From positions 1,696,001-1,760,000 of the forward strand of contig CAWJGT010000009.1 of NCBI GenBank assembly GCA_963842525.1: a stretch of DNA of 64,000 nucleotides, written 5' to 3'. The notes below the pieces were generated by a model. It did not search any database and was not told the origin of the DNA. It worked only from the letters and a program-made list of their open reading frames with translations. The position numbers and the translations under genes were made by a program. Below, one piece after another: positions 1-12,261 of the stretch; position 1 is the stretch's first letter, and each line of letters opens with the position of its first letter. This DNA comes from an uncultured Holophagales bacterium. GTDB taxonomy: Bacteria; Acidobacteriota; Thermoanaerobaculia; Multivoradales; UBA5704.

Positions 1-1
1 G

Positions 2-523
2 GCGAGCGAGTACTATTCGATTGCCAAGAGAGTCCCGTTGTGGTTGTGGCCGGCCCGGCGCCGCCTGTTCCGCCAAGCCCTGGACAGCGTGGACCTCGCT
101 CTGAGGCTGAACCAGCCGGACCCCTCCGGCCTGCGGGGCATCCGCGGCAGCATCCTGCTGCACCTCGGCGCCCCGGCCGCGGCGGTCCGCGACTACGAGG
201 AGATGCTCCGTCTGCGCATCGAGAGTGGAGAAGGGATCAGCGAGGCTGAGGTCGAGCTCGGCATGGGCTACCTCTGGGCCGGCCGTGTCCGCAAGGCCGA
301 ACAGCTCCTGGAATCCGGCGTCGAGCGGCTCCAGCAGGAGCGCCCCTCCGGCTTCACTGTGAGGGCGCTACGCAAGCTGAGCCTCTTCTACAGAGTCACA
401 CTCCGCTGGCCGCGGAGCCGGCAGGTGCTCGCCGAGGCTCATGGGCTCGCCACCAGGCTGGGGTTGCAGGTACCAGATCGACCAGATCGGGCGGTTGGGG
501 TGGGCGGGGGGTGGAAGAGCTAA
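2..523 (+). CDS. TPR-like helical repeat protein, 5' truncated by window edge
   Basis: Frame is open from position 2; TPR-like segments (RGSILLHLGAPAAAVRDYEEML, ELGMGYLWAGRVRKAEQLL). Confidence 0.55.
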   Translation, partial: ASEYYSIAKRVPLWLWPARRRLFRQALDSVDLALRLNQPDPSGLRGIRGSILLHLGAPAAAVRDYEEMLRLRIESGEGISEAEVELGMGYLWAGRVRKAEQLLESGVERLQQERPSGFTVRALRKLSLFYRVTLRWPRSRQVLAEAHGLATRLGLQVPDRPDRAVGVGGGWKS

Positions 524-663
524 ACTAAGCGGAAGTGTGCCGTGTCTCATCTTTATGGGAGACTCTCAACATTGCCAGCGCAACTGAGGTGGCGGTGGGG
601 GAAATACAGGACGTGAGGCCGAAGCACATCTCCATCGAGCTTGACGAGGAGCCGGAGCCCGAA

Positions 664-1629
664 ATGCCTAGACGTGCGCTGCTGATCGGAATCGACGAGT
701 ATGATCACCTGGAACCTCTCAAGGCCTGCGTCGCTGACGCCAAGGCGATGGGGGACCTTCTCGCGCGGAACGAGGACGACAGTCCGAATTACGATTGCCG
801 AGTGGTCACCTCGAAGGAGACAAAGATCAACCGCAAGGCTCTGCGTCAGGAGTGGCGCCGCCTCTTCAACAACTTTCGGGGAGACATTCTCTTCTACTTC
901 TCGGGGCATGGAGCACCGACCGAAGTGGGTGGGTTTCTGGTCACCCAGGAAGGAGAGACTGACGATCCCGGCCTGTCGATGAACGACCTGCTGGTGATGG
1001 CCAATAGCTCTCGCGCGGAGCACGTGCTCCTGATCCTGGACTGCTGCCACAGCGGGGACCTCGGGAATCCGCCCAGCCTGCAGGGGCAAGGAGGCGTTCA
1101 CCAGGCTCAGCTTCGCGAAGGGTTGACGATTCTCGCCGCATCTCGCGCGACCGAGGCGGCCCTCGAAGTCGAGGGCCATGGCGTATTTACATGGCTTCTC
1201 CTGGGAGGGCTCCGGGGAGGGGCGGCGGACGTACGGGGGTATGTCTCAGCGGCATCCCTCTATGCCTATGTAGATCAGGCTCTTGGTCCCTGGGAGCAGC
1301 GACCGATGTACAAGTCCCATGCGGAACAGCTTCCTCCGGTCCGCCGCTGCGACGCCGCCGTGCCGGACTCGCTCCTTCGTACTCTCTCTACAGTCTTTGC
1401 TGCTGCCGATCGGCCGGTCCAACTCAATCCATCCTACGAGCCGACCCATAAGTCGGCGAAACCCGAAAATGTGGCTCTGTTCAAGAGTTTTAAGAAGCTT
1501 CGGGACGCACGTCTCCTCCTGACCGAGGACGGCAATGATCTTTACTACACGGCGCTGCACTCGGGCCGTGTCAGGCTGACTCCCCTCGGGCGATACTACT
1601 GGCATCTCGCCAGCCAGAGGCGAATCTAG
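664..1629 (+). CDS. Caspase-family (peptidase C14) protease resembling the type IV Thoeris effector
   Basis: ATG at 664 (MPRRALLIGIDEY); catalytic His in FYFSGHG and Cys in LILDCCHSG; C-terminal YVDQALGPWEQRP and LTPLGRYYWHLASQRRI. The frame is open back to 535. Confidence 0.85.
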   Translation: MPRRALLIGIDEYDHLEPLKACVADAKAMGDLLARNEDDSPNYDCRVVTSKETKINRKALRQEWRRLFNNFRGDILFYFSGHGAPTEVGGFLVTQEGETDDPGLSMNDLLVMANSSRAEHVLLILDCCHSGDLGNPPSLQGQGGVHQAQLREGLTILAASRATEAALEVEGHGVFTWLLLGGLRGGAADVRGYVSAASLYAYVDQALGPWEQRPMYKSHAEQLPPVRRCDAAVPDSLLRTLSTVFAAADRPVQLNPSYEPTHKSAKPENVALFKSFKKLRDARLLLTEDGNDLYYTALHSGRVRLTPLGRYYWHLASQRRI

Positions 1630-1668
1630 CGGTGGAGGCCTCGCTGTGCATCCGGGGGAATCTTTGAT

Positions 1669-2000
1669 CTAACCAAAAATATCCCAGGTCTTGATCGTGC
1701 CCCATTCCGCTCCTGGTGAGTAAGGCATGCTGCGCCATTCGATGCGAACAAAATTGGCACTATCCCTTCGGGGGATGCGCGCCACTTCGACAATTTCGTA
1801 GTGGTCCGATTCTCCAGGCTCAAGATAAAAATGACTGCAGCTGACGCTACCTGCTCCGCATACGATGAGTGGGCGAGGCTCCTGTTTTAGAGGTTCGCGG
1901 TCATGCATCACGGTTTCTCGTAGCTGCGGCTTGTGCTTGTGCCCATGCAGTACAAGATCGAAACCGAGTTTTTCGAGGAACCCATCTCTACGTATCGGCT
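1669..2000 (-). pseudogene. C-terminal remnant of a calcineurin-like metallophosphoesterase
   Basis: FDLVLHGHKH motif followed by IVCGAGS; the N-terminal DxH/GD/GNH motifs are absent; left boundary on the minus strand is approximate. Confidence 0.6.
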
Positions 2001-2054
2001 CTGGCCTGTGCCGTGCTGCCGGTGGCTCTCCCATGTCCGGACCGGATGGTGCGC

Positions 2055-3455
2055 CTACCTCGCTGCCCGCGTGCTCGGCTCCATCACCCGTGTAAACATC
2101 ATCCCATCTATCACCTGCGTCCAATCGGCCTTCATCTCGGCATAGCCGAGCGGGCGGCTGATCAGCGGCTGGCGCAGCCACTCGCCGCCCCGGGGCGGGT
2201 GGCGGAAGTCCACGATCGCGTTCTCCAAGCCGGCGCGGAACATCAGGTCTTCCAACGAGCCGGCGCTGGGCTTGTCGAGCGGCTCGGGTGGGGTGGTCCG
2301 GAACGCAGTGCCCACGTTGCCTTCGTAGGCTGTGAAGCCGAGGGTGTACATCTGGTCTCCCAGGGCCTTCCAGGCCACCTCGCCCATGACTTCCATGTCC
2401 TGGTAGGTCTTGATCAGCTCCGGCTGCCCCAGGCCGGGGTCGATCCGGCCGAGGTTGCGGGCGGCGTGGTAGGTGGCGGCCCAGACGATGATCTTTCGGC
2501 CCGGATAGCGCTCGTTCGCCAGCCAGATCAGGTTGCGCCCCATCTGGCGGTCCCGGAGCTGGCGCGTCCGCAGCCGGCCCTCGCCTGTGCTGGAGTCCGG
2601 GTCCCAGGCCATCCGCGCGAGGGAGCCTGTGCTCTCCAGGAGCTGGCGCCAGAAAGACGCTTCGGGATCCTGCCGGCCAGCGGTCTTCCCCGAGATCTCC
2701 GCGCGGAGGGCCTCGATCCCGGTCAGGAAGGTTTCCTGCTCGAGTGCGGACGGGACCGGGACCTCTCCGATCTCCCAGTCCCCCTCGGCCAGCGTCTGGA
2801 GCTTTGCTGTAAAAGCGGGCCAGTCCGCCCCATCCGTCGCTTTAGGGCCGAGGCTCTTCAGATAGGAGGTCAGATCGGCGACCAGGTGGTTGACGGACGC
2901 GGTGCCGGTGAATTGATTGTCGAAGCCTGCCAGCTCGAGAGGGCGTTGCGACCGGGCCCTGGCGCCCAGGTACTCCATCAGCGGTACGACCTGCTCGCTG
3001 CGGGTCCAGATTGTGAAGACCCCGCTCCGCACGGCCTTGATCGGATCTTCCCCGCTACGCAGAGCCTCATCGGCCTTCCAACAGTCGTAGAGGCCGCTCT
3101 CGAAGGCCAGCACGTCGAAACCCATCTCCTCGTGCAGGAATTGGATCAACCGCGCCTTGGCCAGGAAGGTCGTGCCGTCGCCATGGCTCTGCTCGCCGAG
3201 GAGGACGATCCTCCGGTTCTGGAGGATCTTTTTGAGCGGCCGGAGGTCCGAGAAATCCCGGTCCGCCGGAGACACCGAACGAAGGGGAATGGCGTTCTTC
3301 CGCAGCCATTCGATCCGGGGGTCGGCGGCCTCGCCGGCAGGGCTGGGCGCGGACACGGCGGCGGAGCACCCGGCCAGCGACGCGGCGAGGAGCAGGGCGC
3401 TGAGGAACTTTCTTCTGACGGAGCGTTCTAAGGGGAAGAAAAGGAGGGCCGTCAT
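2055..3455 (-). CDS. Erythromycin esterase family protein, probable lipoprotein
   Basis: IVLLGEQSHG, GFDVLAFESG, RDRQMGRNL, KIIVWAATYHAAR motifs; lipobox-like LAGC; start taken at ATG 3455 (uncertain). Confidence 0.85.
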   Translation of the reverse strand: MTALLFFPLERSVRRKFLSALLLAASLAGCSAAVSAPSPAGEAADPRIEWLRKNAIPLRSVSPADRDFSDLRPLKKILQNRRIVLLGEQSHGDGTTFLAKARLIQFLHEEMGFDVLAFESGLYDCWKADEALRSGEDPIKAVRSGVFTIWTRSEQVVPLMEYLGARARSQRPLELAGFDNQFTGTASVNHLVADLTSYLKSLGPKATDGADWPAFTAKLQTLAEGDWEIGEVPVPSALEQETFLTGIEALRAEISGKTAGRQDPEASFWRQLLESTGSLARMAWDPDSSTGEGRLRTRQLRDRQMGRNLIWLANERYPGRKIIVWAATYHAARNLGRIDPGLGQPELIKTYQDMEVMGEVAWKALGDQMYTLGFTAYEGNVGTAFRTTPPEPLDKPSAGSLEDLMFRAGLENAIVDFRHPPRGGEWLRQPLISRPLGYAEMKADWTQVIDGMMFTRVMEPSTRAAR

Positions 3456-3581
3456 GGAGAACAGGGGCATTCCACGCATTCTATGGCAGGCCCCTACACC
3501 TTCGCCTACAATCCCTCTCGGCCCTGAATCCGTTCCGGGTTCCGGGAATTCGGACGCGAGGTCCGAGACCAGGGAGGGTCC

Positions 3582-3944
3582 ATGCAGATCGCGCAGATCT
3601 CCGTGACGGTCCACGACGTCGACCGCGCAGTCGCCTTCTATCGCGACACGCTCGGTCTGAAGCTCCTCTTCCAGGCGCCTCCGAACATGGCGTTCTTCGA
3701 CAGCGCCGGGATCCGCCTCATGCTGTCCATTCCCGAGCCGGAATTCGATCATCCCTCCTCGGTCCTCTATTTCAAGGTGGCCGACATCCGGGCTCGGCAC
3801 GCCGAGCTGTCCGCCCGCGGCGTGACGTTTCGCGACGGGCCGCACCTCGTTGCCAAGATGCCGGACCACGACCTCTGGATGGCGTTCTTCCAGGACTCGG
3901 AAGGCAACATCCTGGCGCTGATGAGCGAGGTGCGGGACGAGTAG
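3582..3944 (+). CDS. VOC/glyoxalase family protein
   Basis: IAQISVTVHDVDRAVAFYRDTLGL ... FFQDSEGNILALMS; RBS GGAGGG upstream. Confidence 0.9.
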   Translation: MQIAQISVTVHDVDRAVAFYRDTLGLKLLFQAPPNMAFFDSAGIRLMLSIPEPEFDHPSSVLYFKVADIRARHAELSARGVTFRDGPHLVAKMPDHDLWMAFFQDSEGNILALMSEVRDE

Positions 3945-3945
3945 C

Positions 3946-4498
3946 ATGAGCCCGCACCGGCCGACGAAGGAGGCAGCTCCTCGCCGCGGCGGGGAAGACG
4001 GTCCCGGATGTCATTGCGCCCGGGCTGCGGGTGCTCTTCTGCGGGATCAACCCCGGCCTCTACACGGCGGCCATCGGACACCACTTCGGCCGGCCGGGCA
4101 ACCGCTTCTGGCCGGCGCTCCACGCCGCCGGCTTCACGGACCGGCTGCTCACCCCGTACGAAGAAAGCGAGCTACTCCCCCTCGGCTATGGCATCACCAA
4201 TGTGGTCGAACGCGCCACGGCGACGGCGGCCGAGCTGAGCCGGGACGAGCTGATCGAGGGTGGCCGGCGGCTTGTCGCAAAGCTAGAGAGCTACAGGCCT
4301 CGGTGTCTGGCGGTCCTTGGAGTCGGCGCCTACCGGACCGCCTTTGGCTGCCCCGACGCGGCCTTGGGCCGGCAGGACACCACCCTCGGCGGTGCCGCGG
4401 TCTGGGTCCTGCCCAATCCGAGCGGCTTGAACGCCCACTACACTCTGGATGGGCTGGCGGAGAAGCTCCGGGAGCTTCGGACCGCGGTCGGATCCTAG
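3946..4498 (+). CDS. mug: G/U mismatch-specific DNA glycosylase, apparent frameshift near 3972
   Basis: LFCGINPG, HHFGRPGNRFW, GITNVV, LPNPSGLN motifs; N-terminus MSPHRPTKE joins QLLAAAGKTVPDVIAPGLRV after removing one base. Confidence 0.85.
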
Positions 4499-4549
4499 CC
4501 CGAGGCCGTGGTGCGGTCAGGAAGGCGCTGCAGTGGTAGCATGTCCGAC

Positions 4550-4750
4550 ATGAAGCTGAAGGTTGTGGTGCACGAAGCCGAAGAGGGTGGCTACTGGGCC
4601 GAGGTTCCAGCCATCCCGGGTTGCGCAACCCAGGGCGAGAGCTTCGAAGAGCTTCTGAAAAATCTCTACGAGGCAGTCGAGGGTTGCCTGGCCGTGGATC
4701 TCGAGGCGGCGGAGCCCACAGGCGGGCGGATTATCGAAATCGCCGTATGA
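4550..4750 (+). CDS. hicB: HicB-family antitoxin (short, no DNA-binding domain)
   Basis: MKLKVVVHEAEEGGYWAEVPAIPGCATQGESFEELLKNLYEAVEGCL. Confidence 0.85.
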   Translation: MKLKVVVHEAEEGGYWAEVPAIPGCATQGESFEELLKNLYEAVEGCLAVDLEAAEPTGGRIIEIAV

Positions 4751-4953
4751 AGAGCATAACCGGGCGAGAGCTCGCCAAAGCTCTCGAGCAGCGAGGTTGG
4801 TCCCTCCTCCGGATGCAAGGTAGCCATCACATCTACGGAAAGTCAGGCAGCAACGCCAGACTTTCGGTCCCGATCCATGGAAACAAGCCGCTGAAGATTG
4901 GCCTCCTGCGCCACCTGCTCAAAGCCGCGTCGCTCTCCGAAGAGGACGTCTGA
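4747..4953 (+). CDS. hicA: HicA-family mRNA interferase toxin
   Basis: MKSITGRELAKALEQRGW...GSHHIY...VPIHGNKPLKIGLL; ATGA overlap with hicB. Confidence 0.88.
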   Translation: MKSITGRELAKALEQRGWSLLRMQGSHHIYGKSGSNARLSVPIHGNKPLKIGLLRHLLKAASLSEEDV

Positions 4954-5165
4954 GCGGCGGTAGGCGACAGTCCAGCGCTCTCATCTAACTAAGCCTAGCC
5001 TGGAACATCCCAGGCCCCAGGGATCGTTCCTCTCTCAGAGACCGCGTCCGCACGGCATGGCAGTGCGCCGTTGACCCCTGAGGCCGTAGGCTCTAAACTA
5101 TTGTTGGACAAGCACATCCACCGCTGACTCTGGAGGCTGCCATTCCCGATTCCCGCCCCACCGCC

Positions 5166-6996
5166 TTGCTTGCCGGATTCGACGCCGGCAGCGTCGAGGC
5201 CTGCCAGCGGCTGCTCGGTGGGGAGATGCTCGTCCTGGCGGCGGACTCGGAGGCGGAGGCGCTTGGCATCCTTGCGGACCTTCCTGTGGCGGTGCTCTGC
5301 CTCGGGGCTGGTTTTCCGGGGGAGCGTGCCCTGGCCTTCCTGGCAGCGGCTGACGAGCTCGCAGGTGCAGACACGCGGATCAACCTTGTGCTCGCCGGCG
5401 GGTCCGATCTCTCCCGGTTCCAGGACTGGATCGACCGCGACCGGCTCTTCTATCTGACGCCTGAGCCGATCCCGGCCGCGGATCTGGTCCCCCTTTTGCG
5501 CAGCGCGGTCGAGCGCCGCCGTGGCGCCGTCGTGGCTCCCTCGGTCAGCGAGGAGGCCCAGGCGGCGAGCCGGGTCGCGGCGGCCGTGGCTGCTGTTGCA
5601 GGCGCACGCACGGCTGCCGAGGCGGGGTGGTCTCTGGCCTCGGCGGCGGGCGACCTGGTCGCGGCCGAGCGGGCCTGGTGCCTGCTGCACGACCCGGAGA
5701 GCGACACGCTGTGGGAGGGGGAGCCGGGGGCTCCGGACGAGCGGCGGGAGAGCGCGGCCGTCGGGCTGGTCAGCTTCGTGGCGCGCACCGGCGCTCCGGT
5801 GGTCCTCGAACGGGTCGGGCGCGATCCGCGGTTCGACCGCGACGCCGACGATCCGCACGGAGGCGGCGACGAGCGCTTCGTCGCCGTGCCGGTGACCGCA
5901 CCTGGCTCGCCGCGGGTGCTCGCCGTGCTGGCCACGGTACGCCCGCCGGGCCGGCCACCCTTCTCGGAGCGGGACCTCGAGCTGTTGCAGCGGCTCGCCG
6001 AGCAGACGGGCCCGGGGCTCGCGCGCCACCTCGAGGTCGGCCTCGCCCTGTCGGCCGCGTCCCCGCTCTTCCGCGAGGAGGCGCTCGCCTTCCACCAGGA
6101 GGGGCTGCGGGTCGAGGGGGATCTCCTGCGGGCGGATCCGCGGTGGATGCAATGGACTTACCGCCTGCTCGTCATCGTGCTGGCGGCCGGGCTCCTCTTC
6201 AGCCTGCTGGGACGGGTCCGCGAGTTCTCCTCCGGGCCTGCCGTGGTGCGCCTCGGCGGACGGACCGACCTGCGTGCCACCGCGGCGGGGACGGTGGCCG
6301 AGGTGGAGGTCACGCGCGGCGAGCAGGTCGCGCCCGGCCGGCTCCTGGTCCGGCTCCACGACGCCCAGGAAGCCGCCGAGCTGGAGCGGATCGAGCGCGA
6401 GATCGAGCTGCAGCTCATCGACCGCCTGCGCAATCCGGCCGACCTTGCGGCCGAACGGTCGTTGATCTCGCTACGCGCCCAGCGCGAGCTGGCGCAGGCC
6501 CGCGTGGCCGAGCGCGAGGTGCGCGCTCCCGCGGCCGGCGTGGTGAGCGATCTGCGGATCCGGCCGGGCCAGCTCGTGCAGCCCGGGCAGGTCCTCGTCT
6601 CGCTGGTCGGCGAGGGCGGCGAGCCCCGGGTGCTCGCCCTGCTGCCCGGCGAGCACCGGCCGCTGCTCAAGCCCGGCATGCCGCTCCGCCTGGAGCTCCA
6701 GGGCTATCCTTATCTCTATCAACAGCTCACGGTCGAGGAGGTGGGGGACGAGGTGGTCGGCCCCGCCGAGGCGAAGCGCTATCTCGGAGAGGACATTGCC
6801 GACGCCGTGCCGCTCGAGGGGCCGGTCGTCCTGGTCACCGCCCGCCTTCCCTCCCTGACGTTCGAATTCGAGAGGCGCCAGCGGCGCTATCACGACGGCA
6901 TGTGGGCGCAGGCCGAGGTGCGCGTCCGCTCGGAGCGCATCCTGGTTGCCCTGGTGCCGGCCCTGCGGGCGCTGTTCGAGAAGCGGGAGGCCGGCG

Positions 6997-7004
<8 letters not shown>
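5166..7004 (+). CDS. Receiver-like + GAF + HlyD-family membrane fusion protein
   Basis: N-terminal receiver-like segment; GAF signature (GLVSFVARTG, DPRFDRDAD, PFSERDLELL); LFREEALAFH then one TM; lipoyl-like halves (AGTVAEVEVTRGEQV, VRAPAAGVVSDLRIRPGQLV). Start uncertain. Confidence 0.8.
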
Positions 7005-9255
<2,251 letters not shown>

Positions 9256-9269
9256 AATGCCCCGCGATC

Positions 9270-10964
9270 ATGCGAAACATCGGCCGCCTGCTCTCGTTCC
9301 TTTTCCGTTTCTCCAAGGACATCCCCTATTCGCGGCTGACGATCGTGATGATCGCGCTGACCGGCGCGATCGGCGGCATCGCCAGCACCAGCATGATCGC
9401 CCTGCTCACGCGCATCCTGACCCGGCAGGACCAGCCGGTGCAGCATCTGATCTGGCTTTTCGCCGCCCTCTGCCTGCTGCTCCCCGTCGTCCGCTTCGTG
9501 TCACAGATCCTGCTGATCAACCTGACGCAGAAGGCCCTGCTGCGTCTGCGGCTGATCCTCGTGCGGCGCGTCCTGGCCTCACCGCTACGGAACCTGGAGC
9601 AGCTCGGGCCGCACCGGCTGCTGGCCACGCTGACCGGCGACATCGGCATGATCGTCGACGCGCTCGGGGCTCTCCCGATCATGGTGATGCATTTCGCCAT
9701 AGTGGTGAGCTGCCTCGTCTACCTGGGTATGCTCTCCGGGTTGGTGCTGCTCCAGATCGCGGCCTTCATCATCATCGGAGTGATCTCCTACCAGCTCCCG
9801 ATCGTCCGGGCGATCGGTCACTTCACCCAGGCGCGCCAGACCTTCGACGAGCTCACGCGGCAGATCCGCGCTCTCGTCGAGGGGACCAAGGACCTCAAGA
9901 TGAACCGGGCTCGCCGCCACGCCTTCGTGGACGAGGTGGACGACGCGACGCAACGGCAGCTCCGCCAGGCGCGGGCGGGCCAGGTGGTCTTCACTGCGGC
10001 CTCGAGCTGGGGACAGTCGCTGTTCTTCTTCGTCCTCGGCTTGCTGGTCCTGGTGCTCCCGCGGTTCCAGCCGATGCCCTCGCAGGTCCTGATCGGCTTC
10101 ACGGTCCTTCTCTTCCAGTTGATGGGCCCGCTGGAGGTGCTGATGAACGTGCTGCCGGGCCTGGGGCGGGCCTGGGTCGCGGCGTCCAATGTCGAGCAGC
10201 TCGGCCTCTCGCTGCAGTCCGAGGGTGAGGAGCCGGAGGCCCCGCAGGGTACGCCCCTGGAGAGCCGGTGGGGCCGGCTGGAGCTGGCCGCAGTCACCCA
10301 CAGCTACCACCGGGAGAACGAAGAGGAGACCTTCGAGCTCGGCCCGATCGACATTGACTTCCGGCCGGGCGAGCTGGTCTTCCTCGTGGGCGGCAACGGC
10401 AGCGGCAAGACGACGCTCGCCAAGCTCATCCTCGGCCTCTACGCGCCGGAGTCCGGCGAGGTCCGCTTCGCCGGCAGGACCGTCGACGACGCGGGCCGGG
10501 AGCAATACCGCGAGCACTTCTCGGCCGTCTTCTCCGACTTCTTCGTCTTTGAAAGGCTTCTCGGGATCGAGGCCTCGACGCTCGACGAGAAGGCCCGCGG
10601 CTATCTGCGCAAGCTTCATCTTGAGAAGAAGGTCGAGGTCCGGGACGGCGTCCTCTCGACGATCGACCTGTCCCAGGGCCAGCGCAAGAGGCTCGCCCTG
10701 CTCACCGCCTACCTGGAGGACCGGCCCATCTACCTCTTCGACGAGTGGGCCGCGGACCAGGACCCCTTCTTCAAGGAGATCTTCTACCTGGAGCTCCTCC
10801 CCGAGCTGAAGGCGCGCGGCAAGACGGTGATCGTCATCAGCCACGACGACCACTACTACCACGTGGCCGACCGCATCCTGAAGCTCGACTATGGGAAGAT
10901 CGAAGCGGACCTCCCCGCCGCCGAGTACCTCGAAGGCAAGAGCCTGGCGCGGGCGGCCTCGTAG
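9270..10964 (+). CDS. Cyclic peptide export ABC transporter (PvdE/SyrD/YojI family)
   Basis: GGNGSGKTT, LSQGQRKRLALL, LFDEWAADQDPFFK, ISHDDHYY motifs typical of this family. Confidence 0.92.
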   Translation: MRNIGRLLSFLFRFSKDIPYSRLTIVMIALTGAIGGIASTSMIALLTRILTRQDQPVQHLIWLFAALCLLLPVVRFVSQILLINLTQKALLRLRLILVRRVLASPLRNLEQLGPHRLLATLTGDIGMIVDALGALPIMVMHFAIVVSCLVYLGMLSGLVLLQIAAFIIIGVISYQLPIVRAIGHFTQARQTFDELTRQIRALVEGTKDLKMNRARRHAFVDEVDDATQRQLRQARAGQVVFTAASSWGQSLFFFVLGLLVLVLPRFQPMPSQVLIGFTVLLFQLMGPLEVLMNVLPGLGRAWVAASNVEQLGLSLQSEGEEPEAPQGTPLESRWGRLELAAVTHSYHRENEEETFELGPIDIDFRPGELVFLVGGNGSGKTTLAKLILGLYAPESGEVRFAGRTVDDAGREQYREHFSAVFSDFFVFERLLGIEASTLDEKARGYLRKLHLEKKVEVRDGVLSTIDLSQGQRKRLALLTAYLEDRPIYLFDEWAADQDPFFKEIFYLELLPELKARGKTVIVISHDDHYYHVADRILKLDYGKIEADLPAAEYLEGKSLARAAS

Positions 10965-10974
10965 GGGAACCAGC

Positions 10975-11142
10975 TCAGGGCTGCGGATCGCCGAAGAGCC
11001 CCAGCTTCCAACGCAAACGCGCCAGCTCTGCTTCGGCGGGTGCCCGGATGAGCGTCTCCCGGAAGCCAATGCGGAGGCAGGCCTCCTCGTATTCGTCCCA
11101 CTCGAGGTCCGACAGCGGCAAGGACGGCTTGTTCTGAGCCAT
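10975..11142 (-). CDS. Small hypothetical protein (55 aa), not in the ORF track
   Basis: Read by hand: MAQNKPSLPLSDLEWDEYEEACLRIGFRETLIRAPAEAELARLRWKLGLFGDPQP*; GC-rich third positions; fits between operons. Confidence 0.5.
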   Translation of the reverse strand: MAQNKPSLPLSDLEWDEYEEACLRIGFRETLIRAPAEAELARLRWKLGLFGDPQP

Positions 11143-11215
11143 GACAAGAGTCTAGAGGATACGGGCAAGTCAAAGCTTCTCGAAAAAGGATACCGGAAAA
11201 GACGGAAAGTCACCC

Positions 11216-11331
11216 CCCTGGGACCGCGGGCGTCCCGCCCGCATAGACTCCCAGCGGCCGGTGCGTTGCCGGAAAGCCCTACGCCGGCCCGAGTCCCGTG
11301 GAGAGCGGGCGAGACGCCCGCGGTCCCAGGG
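11216..11331. repeat. REP-like inverted repeat pair
   Basis: CCCTGGGACCGCGGGCGTCCCGCCCGC (11216-11242) pairs with GCGGGCGAGACGCCCGCGGTCCCAGGG (11305-11331). Confidence 0.75.
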
Positions 11332-11417
11332 GAGAACCGAGTCATGCACCTGTGGCGTCTTTCTCATCCAGGAGCGCCTCCACCCCGCGGCCATTCCGCC
11401 GCCGCTTCGGGGCTCGG

Positions 11418-11530
11418 GGACCCGCGGCGTGGCACAGTGGACCTGCGGCGGATGCCGACGGACCTGCGTCGGCTGGCGACGGACCTGCGTCGGCTGGGAA
11501 CCTGCTGCGTCTGCCGGTGAACCTGCGGCT
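11418..11530. repeat. 21-bp period tandem repeat (array A)
   Basis: GGACCTGCGGCGGATGCCGAC / GGACCTGCGTCGGCTGGCGAC / GGACCTGCGTCGGCTGGGAAC starting at 11439, 11460, 11481, with degenerate flanking units. Confidence 0.75.
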
Positions 11531-11763
11531 GGCGCTGCGCAGGCTTCGACCTCGCCGTGGACGCCCGAGCTACGTCCCCGCTCCCCAGAGGGTGAGATTT
11601 TCCCTCCTGCCGCGACAAGGCCGTCCATTCGTCGTGTCGCGCAGAAACCCATCCCGCCGACACATTCATCTGTCTGCATAGGGTTGCCTCGCACCGGCAT
11701 TGTGGTACAGTGCGGTCATCTGATCGTTTGTAACTGTCGTAGACCCGGCCTCGGGAGTGTTGT

Positions 11764-12261
11764 TTGTCGTTCTGGATTCGTAAGAGCACCGTAGCGTCGC
11801 TCCGCAGCAAGGCTCGCCTCTTCGCACTGTTCGCCGGCTTGGCGCTGCTTGCGGCCTGCGGAGGCAATCGCCGTTCCTTCTTCGGCGGTGACGTCACGGT
11901 GGCGACGAGGATCGATCCGCGGGCCAATCAGGACAACCCGATTGCGGTCGAATTGGTCGTCGTCTACGACAAGAAGCTCCTCGAGCAGCTCCTCGCGCTC
12001 CCGGCCCGGGATTGGTTCAAGCGGCGCGAGCAGATCCGGCGGGACTATCCCGACGACAAGGGGTTCCTGTCCTGGAAGTGGGAGTGGGTCCCGGGTCAGG
12101 AGGTGCCGGCGCGGGACCTCTCGTTCGGCGTCGGGGTGCGCGGTGGGATCGTCTATGCGGACTATCTGACCGAGGGCGATCATCGCGCCCGCATCGATCC
12201 ACACCAGAGCTTCACGATCGTGCTTGGCGAGAAGGAGTTCACGACGGAGCCCCTGCCATGA
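11764..12261 (+). CDS. tssJ: T6SS lipoprotein TssJ-like
   Basis: Lipobox LAAC; ANQDNPIAVELVVVYD; first gene upstream of tssK; start uncertain. Confidence 0.7.
   Translation: MSFWIRKSTVASLRSKARLFALFAGLALLAACGGNRRSFFGGDVTVATRIDPRANQDNPIAVELVVVYDKKLLEQLLALPARDWFKRREQIRRDYPDDKGFLSWKWEWVPGQEVPARDLSFGVGVRGGIVYADYLTEGDHRARIDPHQSFTIVLGEKEFTTEPLP

Noticed and set aside
3456-3947. N-terminal extension of the 630-aa minus-strand ORF
   Set aside because: It is the antisense shadow of the VOC gene; esterase homology starts near 3455.
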